Shown here piece by piece: positions 13,365 through 25,705 of a stretch of DNA of 64,000 bases. This DNA is from Macrostomum lignano. Taxonomy: Eukaryota. The position numbers and the translations under genes were made by a program. Position 1 is the stretch's first letter; each line of letters starts with the position of its first letter. The notes below the pieces were generated by a model. That model saw only the letters and a program-made list of their open reading frames with translations, did not search any database and was not told the origin of the DNA. The stretch spans positions 1-64,000 of the forward strand of contig NIVC01000418.1 in the NCBI GenBank assembly GCA_002269645.1. Reading direction: 5' to 3'.

Positions 13365-16300
13365 CACAGACAGACAGACAGACACACAGACAGACAGACA
13401 GACAGACAGACAGGCAGGCAGGCAGGCAGACAGACACTAAGACAGACACTAAGACAGACAGACCTGAATCCCAGCAGCCCGCAGGTCAGTGATGGTCTCC
13501 CTGACGCCAGTCTGCAGCTCGTCCTCAATAGCGGTAAGTCCCAAGGCCTCCAAGTCCCGCTCCACAACCCTGTAGGCTTCAACGGTGAGGGCCTCCCTGT
13601 TGGCCACGTCCTGGTTGGCTGCCAGCAGCTGGGCGGCCATTTGTTGGTACAGAGCCGGCGACAGCTCCTTGCAAGCGATCACCAGTACGCGAAGACCTTC
13701 AACGGCGAAGTCGCCGGAGTGTTTGACTACGGCGTCCCGATCGCCATGGGAGCACTTTTCCAGCATCGAGGTCTCGGCGCCCTTTGTGAGCAGCCAGTAG
13801 GAGCCATCGGTGTAGCGCTGGAGGATCACCGACATGCACTTACGGTCCGAGTCAAACTCGAGCACCTGTTTAATGGCGAATAAATCAACAGAGGGTTTAA
13901 CTTTGGAACCCAAAAGTGCACACAAATTCAAAGCCCACCCCAAAAGTACAGACTCAAAGCCCGACCTAAAAGTGCACACAGACTCAAAGCCCGACCTAAA
14001 AGTGCACACAGACTCAAAGCCCAACATAAAAGTGCACATCGACCCAAATCTCAACCCAAAGGTGCACACCAACTGCAATCACAGCCCAAAAGTGCACACC
14101 GACTCAAAGCCTTATCCAAAAGTGCACAAAGACTCAAAATGCCTACCTGAAGCACACGGTACTGCTGCAAAACGAATCCGCCATGGCCGTCCGGCACAGT
14201 GACGCTGCTGACGCCGTTCTCTGTGCCATGAAATGTCACCCCGTAGTTTCTTGCCGCTTCAACGAAGGCTTTCTCGTCTGGCGAGCTCGCCTGAGAGTTG
14301 AAATGGAAACATTGCGCGAATAGATAATGGTTGCTAGGCTGTGTGATTGCTAGACTATGTGGTTGCTAGGCAATGTAGTTGCTAGGCTATGTAGTTGCTA
14401 GGCTATGTGGTTGCTAGGCTATGTGGTTGCTAGGCTATGTGGTTGCTAGGCTATGTGGTTGCTAGGCTATGTGGTTGCTAGGCTATGTGGTTGCTAGGCT
14501 ATGTGGTTGCTAGGCTATGTGGTTGCTAGGCTATGTGGTTGCTAGGCTATGTGGTTGCTAGGCTAAATGGTTGCTAGGCTATGTGGTTTCTATGTGGTTG
14601 CTAGGCTATGTGGTTGCTAGGCTATATGGTTGCTAGGCTAAATGGTTGCTAGGCAATGTGGTTCCTATGTGGTTGCTAGACTATGTGGTTGCTTGGCTAT
14701 GTAGTTGCTAGGCTATGTGGTTGCTATGTGGTTGCTAGGCTAGTTAGTTGCTGGGCTATGTGGTTGCTAGACTAGTTAGTTGCTAGGCTACTCGTATGTG
14801 GTTGCTAGGCTAGTTAGTTGCCGGGCTATGTAGTTGCTAGACTAGTTAGTTGCTAGGCAATGTGGTTGCTGGGATATGTGATTTCTAAGCTGTGGATGCT
14901 AGGCTGTGATTGCTAGGCTATATAGTTGCTACGCAAATAACGCACCTGGTAGACGTAATCAGCAGCAGTTTCCACAGAGAACACCTGCTGTTGCGGCTGC
15001 CTATCAAAGGATTTCTGGCGCTCAACTCGGACAGTGTGGCACAGCGCCAGCACGGTGAAGAACTTGAGCTCGACCTCGTTTAACTGCTGGCACTGGTGAG
15101 TGGCTGCGCCCTCTTCGGTTAGCCAGAGCTGTCCATCAACGTCGCAGTAAGTGTTGCCGTTAATTGAGCACATTCGAAATGTCATGCGGTTCTCAGTGAG
15201 GGTGCCAGTCTTATCGGAGAACAGGTATTGCACCTGGCCGAGTTCTTCATTCAAATCGGACGTGTTGGCCTTTGCCCGGAATTTCTCCCCAGTCTCCGGA
15301 TCTTCAAAGTACATTTCTAGATCGAACTCGAAAAATATTGAACCGAGAAATTTTTGCAGCTCAATAGTCACGTACAGCGATATCGGAATTAAATAGTTGA
15401 ATAGAACTACAAAGCCTAGAAAGTCTTGGACCACTCGCCAAGGCTGCGCGCTCTCTGACGGCAGGTACCAGGCACCCGAGATGCCAGCGTCCACGCTGAC
15501 GTACACCCACTTCATCACCGTACAGAAGGCCGACTCAACCAGCAGGAACACCATGAAGCAGAGCAGGAACCGGTCCAGCCGTTTCTCCACTACCGACTTC
15601 TTAGAGCGGCCGCGCTGTGAATTCAACTGCATCTTTGTCTCCTGCGGGTGACAGGTTAAACAGCTGAGTGTGAGATTCTTAGACTCTAATTAATAGCTGA
15701 GGGTGAGATTCTTAGACTCTAATTAACATTTGAGGGTGAGATTCTTAGACTCTAATTAACATTTGAGGGTGAGATTCTTAGACTCTAATTAACATTTGAG
15801 GGTGAGATTCTTAGACTCTAATTAACATTTGAGGGTGAGATTCTTAGACTCTAATTAACATTTGAGGGTGAGATTCTTAGACTCTAATTAATAGCTGAGG
15901 GTGAGATTCTTAGACTCTAATTAACATTTGAGGGTGAGATTCTTAGACTCTAATAAACAGCTGAGTGTGAGATTCTTAGACTCTTGACTTCGTTGGTAAC
16001 TGGCCTTCACCCAGGCGGAGCTTCTGGACCTTCAACAGATTGCACCAGGTGACTATGGACACCCTGATGCGAATGTCTCTAGTTTCGCTGATCAAGCCTC
16101 GACAGTGGGCAAGAATCAACTGCTGGACATCCTCGGCTAGTCTCTCAAGCATTCAGTCATCACCCCGACGCCGTCGGCACCTTCAACAGATGACTGGCGA
16201 TGGCTGGCAACTTGATTCTTGTTTAAGAAGGAACGCAACAAAAATTCAGCCAGTGTTCTTGAAGTTTTCGTGTGCCTGCGTTGCTCCGTTCCGGCTCCCC

Positions 16301-18541
16301 TCCGCGGCCCAGACCTCTCATCATCAGCCAGTGTGCACCTTCTGTGCCTTCACGCACAACACGTCGCACAGCAAGAAGTCTCAAAAGCGCTCTCACCTGT
16401 CCCGTATAGATGGCCACACCCTGCACAAATTCAGTATTTCGCAGCACGGCTCCTCTGAGCAGCATGTTTTTAGCGCTAAGCGGCACCTTCTCCGGCTTCT
16501 CGCTGCGTCGTTGACGACGCAACAGCATGTTGCCCTTGAACTTGTACAGATCCGAGGTGGGGTGCTCGCAGCTGATCTTGGCCCGCAACTGGCGACAGAC
16601 GGCTTCTACTGTTTGCAAGCGTTTGGTCTCTTCCACTGAGTAGACCTGGCCAGAGTGAAATAAGATTAAATGGGTTATTAATTGGGTTGGGATCTCAGGT
16701 TGTGGAAAAGATAATTCAAGACAGAAGCTAGTTCCAGCTTTAAATAGTTCCAGCTTCTAGATAATTCCCAATCAGTTAGATAATCATTATCCTTAAGTTT
16801 AGATAATTCCTAATCCGTTAGATAATCCTTAATCCTTAAGTTTAGATAATTCCAAGTCAGTTAGATAATCCTTAATCCTTAAGTTTAGATAATTCCCAAT
16901 CAGTTAGATAATCCTTATCCTTTAGTTTAGATAATTCCTAATCCGTTAGATAATCCTTAATCCTTTAGTTTAGATAATTCCTAATCAGTTAGATATTCCT
17001 TAATCCTTTAGGTTTGATAACTCCCAATCCGTTAGATAATTCCTAATCCTTTAGGTTAGATAATCTATAATCCTTCAGATAATCCCCAATCCTTCTTTCC
17101 CGAATTTAGAAGGGTTAGAACGAAGGATTATCACCGTCTTCAAGTTGGTCTCGCCGTCCAGATTAGCCGTGGTGATGCTGCACTCGCCCGACTCTTCGCT
17201 GGACGCCAGCAGGATGAGATCGCAGGGGAAGCTCTCGTTCTTGTGCACCCGAACAACGTCACCAACTCGAATCTCGTGCGCCTTAATCCGGGCCATCGAG
17301 TCGCCGGAAATGACGTGTACCGGCGTATTGTTGACCCGATCGTCGGCTCGGTGCCTTAGAAAGTCCTCGTAGGCCTGCTTGACCGCGGTGACGCCCAGCA
17401 CGAATACCAGTGGAATGATGGACGTGGCCGGGCTCACCTGCAGACAACAGGGATGAGAAATGCCGGGAAAAATTAGATACGCCATGAAAACTAAGAGTAC
17501 ATTAATTTAGATACTTAAAGTGCAAACGATATACTGAGAGTACAGGTTATATGCTGAGAGTACAGGTGAGATACTGAGAGTACAGGTGAGATACTGAGAT
17601 TGCAGGTGAGATACTGAGAGTACAGGTGAGATACTGAGAATACAGATGAGATACTGAGAGTACAGGTGAGATACTAGATAATGAGAATACAAGTGAAATA
17701 CTAAGAGTAAAGGTGAGATACTGAGAGTACAGATGAGATACTGAGAGTACAGGTGAGATACTGAGAGTACATATGAGATACTGAGAGTACAGGTGAGATA
17801 CTGAGAATACAAGTGAAATACTAAGAGTACAGATGAGATACTGAGAGTACAGATGAGATACTGAGAGTACAGGTGAGATACTGAGGGTACAGATGAGATA
17901 CTGAGAGTACAGGTGAGATACTGAGATTGCAGGTGAGATACTGAGAGTACAGGTGAGATACTGAGAGTACAGATGACATACTGAAAGTACAGGTGAGACA
18001 CTAAGAGTACAGGTGAGATAATGAGAATACAAGTGAAATACTAAGAGTACAGATGAGATACTGAGAGTACAGATGAGATACTAAGAGTACAGGTGAGACA
18101 CTAAGAGTACAGGTGAGGTACTAAGAGTACAGGTGAGATACTGAGGGTACAGATGAGATACTTAGAGTACAGGTGAGACACTAAGAGTACATGTGAGATA
18201 CTAAGAGTACAGGTGAGATACTGAGATTACAGATGAGATACTGAGAGTACAGGTGAGATACTGAGAGTACTCACCGGCGTATCAATAACTAACTGCAGAA
18301 CTGCTACAATCAAAAAATAGAAATTTGCCACTCGAGTGAACTGTTCTAATAGATTCTTCACGGGAAACGACAGTATTGTATAGCGCGACGTGATAATTCG
18401 ATTTGAGGGATATTTCTCCTCAATCAACGGTTGATCTCTAGACGAGCCCAGCGGCTTGTGATTCACGTAGATGGTTCGAAACTCACTCACGACGGGCCGC
18501 TTGAGGCCCGCAAATGTAAGCAGCTTCTCAAAGCAACCCAT
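3608..18541 (-). CDS. ATP11: P4-type ATPase phospholipid flippase, ATP11 (class VI)-like, multi-exon
   Basis: Exons (minus): 18541-18275, 17437-17135, 16645-16397, 15641-14946, 14290-14147, 13865-13464, 13254-12910, 11944-11396, 3985-3608. All GT-AG, all phase 0, joining into one frame. Motifs: NFYFL, LDGETNLK, phosphorylation DKTGTLT, SPDEKAFV, FDSDRKCMS, TGDKRETA, CCRCTPLQKA, AIGDGANDVSMI, YFFYKNV. N-terminus (RTIYV..KY.SNRIITSRYT..KNL.EQF.RVANFYFL..QL.IDTP.SP.TS) resembles ATP11. The last exon beyond 3608 is unresolved (read-through stop at 3584, or a donor at 3607). Confidence 0.93.
4016..5305. repeat. 16-bp minisatellite, left part (ATP11 intron 8)
   Basis: (GTCTAGATCCCATTGT)n. Confidence 0.95.
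5780..7299 (+). CDS. Retrotransposon ORF1 (one frameshift near 6130-6190)
   Basis: ATG 5780 (MASNRSNK...), basic SGAARRRLNKARRAK, then in a shifted frame SYADAAK and RIWVP..L..VN..L, resembling DUF4780-type ORF1s (recalled, not searched). Its stop overlaps the ORF2 ATG (ATGA, 7296-7299). Confidence 0.7.
7296..10997 (+). CDS. Retrotransposon ORF2: AP endonuclease, reverse transcriptase, RNase H, CCHC knuckle; split by frameshifts at ~8570 and ~9505
   Basis: APE: LQINTQH, VQEPW, AGDVNAHH, TFN, IDTT, SDH. RT: KAPGPDGI, FRPISL, QHAFRAGRST, LDIEGAFD, GGPQGGVL, YADD. RNase H: YTDGS, SEV.AI, SDSQAAL, WIPGHAG..GNERAD.LAK. C-terminal CPFC..SENAEHFICHC. Confidence 0.93.
11112..11320. repeat. 16-bp minisatellite, right part after the LINE
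   Basis: Same unit resumes directly after the element tail. Confidence 0.95.
12205..12700. repeat. 40-bp minisatellite (ATP11 intron 7)
   Basis: CGTCAGTTAACTATGTGACTCTCCGATGTGACCGTGTGAC. Confidence 0.92.
13284..13462. repeat. (GACA)n microsatellite (ATP11 intron 6)
   Basis: Direct reading. Confidence 0.95.
13905..14140. repeat. 30-bp minisatellite (ATP11 intron 5)
   Basis: AAAGTGCACACAGACTCAAAGCCCGACCTA variants. Confidence 0.85.
14328..14920. repeat. 16-bp minisatellite (ATP11 intron 4)
   Basis: (GGCTATGTGGTTGCTA)n. Confidence 0.92.
15665..15985. repeat. 33-bp minisatellite (ATP11 intron 3)
   Basis: AATTAACATTTGAGGGTGAGATTCTTAGACTCT. Confidence 0.92.
16755..17125. repeat. Imperfect higher-order tandem repeat (ATP11 intron 2)
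   Basis: Alternating TTAGATAATTCC.AATC.G and TTAGATAATCCTTAATCCTT units. Confidence 0.8.
17530..18270. repeat. 20-bp minisatellite (ATP11 intron 1)
   Basis: (GAGATACTGAGAGTACAGGT)n, reaching to within a few bases of the donor. Confidence 0.93.
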
Positions 18542-19614
18542 GACGACTGTCGACTGGTTCTTGAAACGATCTTTTTAAACAATTGATTATATCTATGCCA
18601 ACAGGCTACTAACTAGAGGCCAGACTAGTAGTAGTTTATGGACAATTTTTGTAGCCTGAAACAAATTTAGTGCATTATTTATTTTGTTTTAGTTACCTAA
18701 ACATTTTATTAACAACACGCAATTCAGATTTGAGGTCTTTAGGCATATACATGTCCAACATCCATGGCGAGAGGTCTGGCCAAGTCGCAAAAAGCCGACC
18801 CGAAAAATAGACATAAAAATAATTAGATGACAAGGCATTTAGCCTGAATATTACATTTATAGTTACTCTTGCCGTTTACCCAAAAATAGGTATGTCGCAT
18901 TCATACACACGCTCACACAGCGGTTCTGACTTTCCCAAGAGTCAGAGTGAGCTGCTCTGCTGAGAATAGAATAGATCGAGCTACCTAATCCTCAATAAAA
19001 TAATAACAATATACGTAAGTAAACATCTACCCAGACGTCTGTTAATCCTCTACCAACCGGCTCAGCTGAATTTAATCCTAAGATCAAAAGAAGAGACAGA
19101 ACAGCAGCAGCTATATAATAAAAGTACAATTGTCGTCCGACTCGGCTTGACAAGACGCGGGTCAGCTCAGCTTTGGTGGTGGGCGAAGTGGTCTGATTTG
19201 CAAATTATAGTTTCCCTGTCCCCATGTTTGCTCAGCTGTCGGGCATTTATTTCCTTTAATTTACGCATAGAGAGCCAACTGCGCGCAAGAGATTTGTATT
19301 TAAAGAAAGAGAAAGAAAGCAGACACGGAAAAAATTGGCGCTGTGGGTGGGGTCGGGCGGGAACTCCAATCTCGGTGCGGCAGAGCAGTGACGCACGCAG
19401 TTGACGAATGTGCAATCTTAATCGGAAACCTGACTGGTACAGCTACACTAACATTAGTTAACAGAGTCGAGTAGAATCGCTATACTCGTGGTGTATTAAA
19501 ATACCTTCGATCAAGATAAGAAATGAACATTATTGACACATGCGCAGTTTATCGAATTGAAAGAAAAATTATTCGGACACAAACTCTTGGTTAGTAGCTG
19601 TACAGCCCAAGGAC

Positions 19615-19797
19615 TGGGGGATCGCCACACCCACCCTCAATTACCCCAGCTAATGCTGGCACCCATTTTACAGCTGGGTGAACTGAAGCAATGCAGAGTT
19701 GAGTGTCTGCTCAAGGACACAAACTTTTGCAGTAGGACCGGGATCGAACCCCCGACCCTCAAGTCGTGAGTCAAACACTCAAAACACTAGGCTAAAA
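19615..19797 (-). mobile_element. tRNA-derived SINE
   Basis: Minus strand has A-box-like TAGCCTAGTG and B-box GGTTCGATCCC at tRNA spacing, followed by TGTGTCCTTGAGCAGACACTCAAC and CACCCAGCTGTAAAATGGGT, resembling conserved SINE central domains (V-SINE-like; recalled, not searched). Confidence 0.65.
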
Positions 19798-20975
19798 CCC
19801 TCTCCCTAGGCTACAACCCTCTCCCTAGGCTAAAACCCTCTCCCTAGGCTACAACCCTCTCCCTAGGCTACAACCCTCTCCCTAGGCTAAAGTCCTCTAC
19901 CTAGGCTTACAACCCTCTCCCTAGGCTACAACCCTCTCCCTAGGCTACAACCCTCTCCCTAGGCTTACAACCCTCTCCCTAGGCTACAACCATCTACCTA
20001 GGCTACAACCCTCTCCCTAGGCTAAAATCCTCACTAGGCTACAACCCTCACTAGGCTACAACCCTCTCCCTAGGCTACAACCCTCTCCCTAGGCTAAAAC
20101 CCTCTCCCTAGGCTTACAACCCTCTCCCTAGGCTAAAACCCTCTCCCTAGGCTACAACCCTCTCCCTAGGCTACAATCCTCACTAGGCTACAACCCTCAC
20201 TAGGCTACAACCCTCTCCCTAGGCTACAACCCTCTCCCTAGGCTACAACCCTCTCCCTAGGCTTACAACCCTCTCCCTAGGCTACAACCCTCTCCCTAGG
20301 CTACAACCCTCTCCCTAGGCTACAACCCTCTCCCTAGGCTACAACCATCTACCTAGGCTACAACCCTCTCCCTAGGCTTACAACCCTCTCCCTAGGCTAC
20401 AACCCTCTCCCTAGGCTACAACCCTCTCCCTAGGCTTACAACCCTCTCCCTAGGCTACAACCATCTACCTAGGCTACAACCCTCTCCCTAGGCTACAATC
20501 ATCACTAGGCTACAACCCTCACTAGGCTACAACCCTCTCCCTAGGCTACAACCCTCTCCCTAGGCTTACAACCCTCTCCCTAGGCTTACAACCCTCTCCC
20601 TAGGCTAAAACCCTCTCCCTAGGCTAAAACCCTCTCCCTAGGCTACAATCCTCACTAGGCTACAACCCTCACTAGGCTACAACCCTCTCCCTAGGCTACA
20701 ACCCTCTCCCTAGGCTAAAACCCTCTCCCTAGGCTTACTAGGCTCTCCCTAGGCTACAACCCTCTCCCTAGGCTACAACCCTCTCCCTAGGCTAAAACCC
20801 TCTCCCTAGGCTTACAACCCTCTCCCTAGGCTAAAACCCTCTCCCTAGGCTACAACCCTCTCCCTAGGCTAAAACCCTCTCTCTAGGCTACAACCCTCTC
20901 CCTAGGCTAAAACCCTCTCCCTAGGCTACAACCCTCTCCCTAGGCTACAACCCTCTCCCTAGGCTTACAACCTAC
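19786..20975. repeat. 19-bp minisatellite abutting the SINE head
   Basis: (CTAGGCTACAACCCTCTCC)n, roughly 60 units. Confidence 0.95.
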
Positions 20976-21758
20976 AACCTCAATACATATCAATGCAAGC
21001 AAATTAAAAATATATATGAGAAATACTATAATAATTAAATGTCTAATTGATAAAAAATAATTATAGTTCTACCAAAAAATAAATTGAGAAATTAACATTC
21101 TGAGATGCGAAGTCTAATAGGGAAGGGGAATTGCTGAGATACCAAAGATCAAAAGGATATGCTGATATCTTGGGCTAAAAAACTAGATTTCTGATTCATT
21201 CTTTTTCTAATTAAAATACTATAATATCTTCTAAGAAACTAAAAATAGTAATAATAAAATGTTATTTACTTAAAGTCTCCTTTTTTCAATTATTTTTTTC
21301 TGCTTCCCCAATGGGACATAAGATTGCTATTTAAATTGATAAAAACATATATTAAGAGTTCTTGATTTATTAAATAAAGGAAACTAATAAAGTAATTATA
21401 ATGGAAATATTTATGTAGGCACTAATAATTTTATAAAGTATTATTTATACATTAAAAAGATATATATAAACATAAGCTTAAGGTGTGACAAAGAACCAAA
21501 GATAAATATAGCATTATTATTTGCAAGTGATTATTTGCCAATTTATTATATATTTGTTAATATTGGTGATTAAAACAAGCTAAATTATAAAATCATTATG
21601 CAAATAACAAATATATACAGTAGAAAGTACAGTAAAATATAAATACAATACAAATACTATAATACAAATATAGCAGATATAAAGTAAATACAAAATTGTG
21701 TACTTTTAAATTAGATATGCAAATATATTACAAAGTATCAAATGAATGCCTGGCCTTA

Positions 21759-22061
21759 GGGCCATACATGCGCAACCTCCAAAATTTGATCGGCCATGCG
21801 ACTTAGTTTTAACAAAAATGCAACATAGTTTTTTGGCCAAAAATGCAACTTACATGTAAAAAAACCTATAGCAAAATTAATGCAACTTTGGGTAAACAGC
21901 AGAAGTAACTGTAACAGCCTTATTAAGTCAAAATGCCTCATCAGCTACTTAGTGCTACTACTTGGGTATTTTTTGGGTGGGAATTTTTGCAACTTCCTTG
22001 GTTGGCCGCCAAATTGGTCAGCTGGATTGGCCGACTCGGCCGACTGTTGCGCACGTGTGCC
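21759..22061. mobile_element. Possible MITE (imperfect ~18-bp TIRs)
   Basis: GGGCCATACATGCGCAAC versus the reverse complement of GTTGCGCACGTGTGCC; flanks TTA/TAG, so the TSD is not exact. Confidence 0.35.
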
Positions 22062-22819
22062 TAGGTCTATAATTTATTAGCATAAAGAACTTAGGCTAAG
22101 AATATTATGATATATAAGAGAAATCATTTAAAGTTCAAACTATTATTACTAAGCTGATTGCAACAAAAACAAAAAGTAAGAAGTTTTTATCTTTTAAAAA
22201 AAGGTTGGACAATATTAACATTTTTGGAATACTAGTATTCTAATTTATTAAGTTTTTATATTTTGCCATTTATTTAAATTACTAAACCAGAAACATTTAG
22301 AACAATTAAGCATATTATAATAATATAACTTGGATATATAACAGATTTCTGCCATAGCTATAGATTCTAATATTTCTTTCCTTTCATAGAAGAAATGCCA
22401 TGTCAAGTTAACATGAGGAGAAGGTATATCTTTGTTATAAATATAATATACCAACAATAGTATAAGTATAGTTTTATTCATTAAATTAAAATCCTCAATG
22501 GCAGGTTGTTGATGGCAAAAAATGATGCTAGGGGAGAATAGAAAAGCCATAGACAAGGCTGACTAAGGCAATAAACTCAGAGCTAATTCTCACTTAATTT
22601 CAAAGATAATGGCACCTTCCTATGCAGTTAAACCAATAGCAAATCTACTAATCCACTTAGTCAACAGACTCAACTGTCTTAGCTATCACAAAACAAGGCT
22701 TAGGCCCTACTCTAGCTAGATATCAATATTTAATACGCTAAAGCTGCTAAAACTTAAAACCAATGCAAATGATATTATTTTTGCATAATCATAGATAGTC
22801 CTAAACTAAATAAAGGCAT

Positions 22820-23255
22820 TATGCAATTGGCAGTTGTTATTGTTATAGTGACTATATAAATAACAAAATGGTTATTTTTATAGTTAACGCATAAGACACT
22901 ATCTGGGCCTATGGTCTTTACTTAATGTAACTGTATGAATAGCAAAACTTTTATTTTTATGGTGACCATAGGTAGGAAGCAGAATGGCTATTTTATGGTC
23001 ATATGGAAGAAATTTCAGTTAAATTAAAATGTATTAGTAATAGTTAGCAATTACCTTAAGTAAGCTACCATGACAAGAACTACTATTGTATTTATTAATG
23101 ACACATTTCTTTTTTTTAATTTAACCATCATAGTATTTGCACAACAAGTTCGTCACTTCATTTAGATGGTATTTGTTTGTGTTAACCATAAATAAATATA
23201 ACTGTCTTGCTATTTAAATGGTCACCATAAAAATAACAACTGCCTATGCAATTAT
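22820..23255. repeat. Degenerate AT-rich foldback repeat
   Basis: 22820-22890 aligns imperfectly with the reverse complement of 23180-23252 (GGCAGTTGTTATT..TAT.GTGAC); a partial direct copy lies near 22950. Confidence 0.4.
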
Positions 23256-23409
23256 TATCACACAATTTGCACAAACATTTTACCTCTATTTAGAATAATT
23301 AAATACAGCCTAGTATGTAAATTTCATGGTGGGTAGGGGTTGTAGCTTATCTTTATTCTTATTGAGAAATATTTTTCACTTGTATTAAATTAAGACAACT
23401 GTTTACAGT

Positions 23410-23584
23410 CAGTGGCGGGTCCAGGGGGGGGGCCGCCGCCCCCCTCTTTTGCTGTGGCTGGACTTGAATATGAAGGAGGATTATTGTATTTTTGGGCTTT
23501 TTTGGTGCTTATTTTGGGCTAACTCAAACATTTAGGCCAATTCGCCCCCTCCACTCCACTTTAAAAATCCTGGATCCGCCACTG
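23410..23584. mobile_element. hAT-type MITE
   Basis: 16-bp TIRs CAGTGGCGGGTCCAGG / CCTGGATCCGCCACTG (15/16); 8-bp TSD TTTACAGT / TTTACAGC. Confidence 0.8.
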
Positions 23585-24411
23585 TTTACAGCTAAGAAAA
23601 GCTAAGGTAGGCATGAAATTAAAGTTTCAAACGATTAAAAAACTAAGATGCCTACAAACTGAGGAACTGAAAGGTACTTTACACAGTAACAAAAATTGAA
23701 AAAAATGAAAAAATTGAATGAAACTAAAATAAATTAAAAAATGAATGGGCGGAACTGTTTCCTCGAAACGGAAACTAAAATATGCAAATAATTTTCATAA
23801 TTGCACTGAGTAAAACTAAGTTAGGGATTTTTAGCCTTTGTTCAGATTTATACCTAATTTACTGCCACTTTTCTGTGGACAAAGAAAATTAAAACATTAT
23901 TATTAGCTACAACCTAAAATTCAGATATTTTTATGTGTGTTTAAACATTGTTCGCACGAATTTGACGTCTAATTATCTGACAAAAATTAAAATATGAGAT
24001 CCGGCATCCGGCTGAGGGAGAATGGCTAATGACTAGACTACAAAAGTTTCTTGCGGAAAACACGAACAAATAATATAATTTAAAACGCATAGAGCTTAAA
24101 GTTAATTCTAAATACAGTACATTTTTTCTTTGTCTCGCGCTCGAATGAGGTGATAATTAAATTTTTCTGTAACAATCACTACTGTACTGGCATAAATATC
24201 GTTTTAGTTATTTTTATATCATTGTTATCATCGGAGTTTTAGAAAATACTTTATTATAAGTGAAGTAGTGTGTAAGCTTTATTTTATTGAATATTTCTTA
24301 TGGGTTTTAGTAAAGACAAGTTCCTACTCTTAGCCCAGGCTGGTTAGTGAGAATGAGAATCACTAAATAATTTATATAATTCTGTTAGATTTCTGCTTTA
24401 TGAAATTCTTC

Positions 24412-25630
24412 ATGGAGCCAGAACTGCATCTACTTCCAAAAGATTTGTCCATTTATGAGCATCAAGTTGCGGGTCACGGGTATTCACAAAGATGTGGTAA
24501 GTCCATTTCAATTAAAACATACTCCTTATTACATTTCCAATCCAAGCATAAACTATATAAATTTAATAAATAATGTTCAACATTTTAGAGCAAAATCCTG
24601 TCAAGACAAAGCCACAATGTAAGTTATTTTTATTTGATAAATTCGATGTAAAGGCATATATCCATTTATGAATAATTTATCATCTGCATACAGTTTTGTG
24701 TGCAGTTTTGCATACAGTTTTGTGTATTTTTAATTTTCAATTATTATTTATTAGTGTATGCAGATAGACTTCCTAATCGATTTTCATGCCTGAAATTTTG
24801 AGTGAAGCAATAATTATTCAAGAATTCTTTCAATTCGCTTGTTTCCTACGATTTTTTTTCTAAAATTATCTAAAAGGATTGTCTGTCCATTAACAGGTCA
24901 CTCATTACTAGCTGCATGGTTCTTAGACATTGTCTCGTAATGTATTTATTTCCTCTGGGAATTCTCAACCGCAGTAGCGGATCCAAAAAAATGCGCGACA
25001 GCAAATGCCTTACTTTACTTAATTCTCGTACTTACTCTCATAACTGTCCTAGTAAGGCACCCTCAGTGTAGCGCCAGTTTATGTTGTGCCATTATTGAGA
25101 TGCCTGAAGCATTGCGCCCACAGCGCTCATTGTTGGCATTTGTGAGTTCATTTGTGTGAAATCATTGTGGGAATTCCGTACTCCCCATGACACCTTTAGT
25201 GCTGCATTCCCACGACGAGCGCTGCATCTACAAGCCGGTCCAGGGGGCGCCTAAAGGAGATCGCGAAATCCAATTCTACCGTGAAGTGTTCAATGAAAAA
25301 GTTGCTACCTGTCGCGATCCCGATCTTGCCGAGCTGCGCTGCCTTCTGCCAACCTTCCGCGGGGTGCACATCGACGCCGCCACTGGCCGGCGCTACCTTC
25401 GCTTGGACGACCTGCTGGCCGACTTTGTGCAGCCGTCGGTGATGGATCTGAAGATGGGCGCGCAGAGCTACGAACCGGACGCGTCTGAGAGGAAGCGTTC
25501 GGTGGAGCTGGCGAAGTACGAGCACCGGGCCAGGGTCGGCTTCCTGGTCACCGGGCTGCGGGCTTGGCGACAGGAACGGCAGTCCTACGAGCAGCTGGGA
25601 AGCGGCACTGGGCCAAGGTGCGAGTCCTGC

Positions 25631-25705
<75 letters not shown>

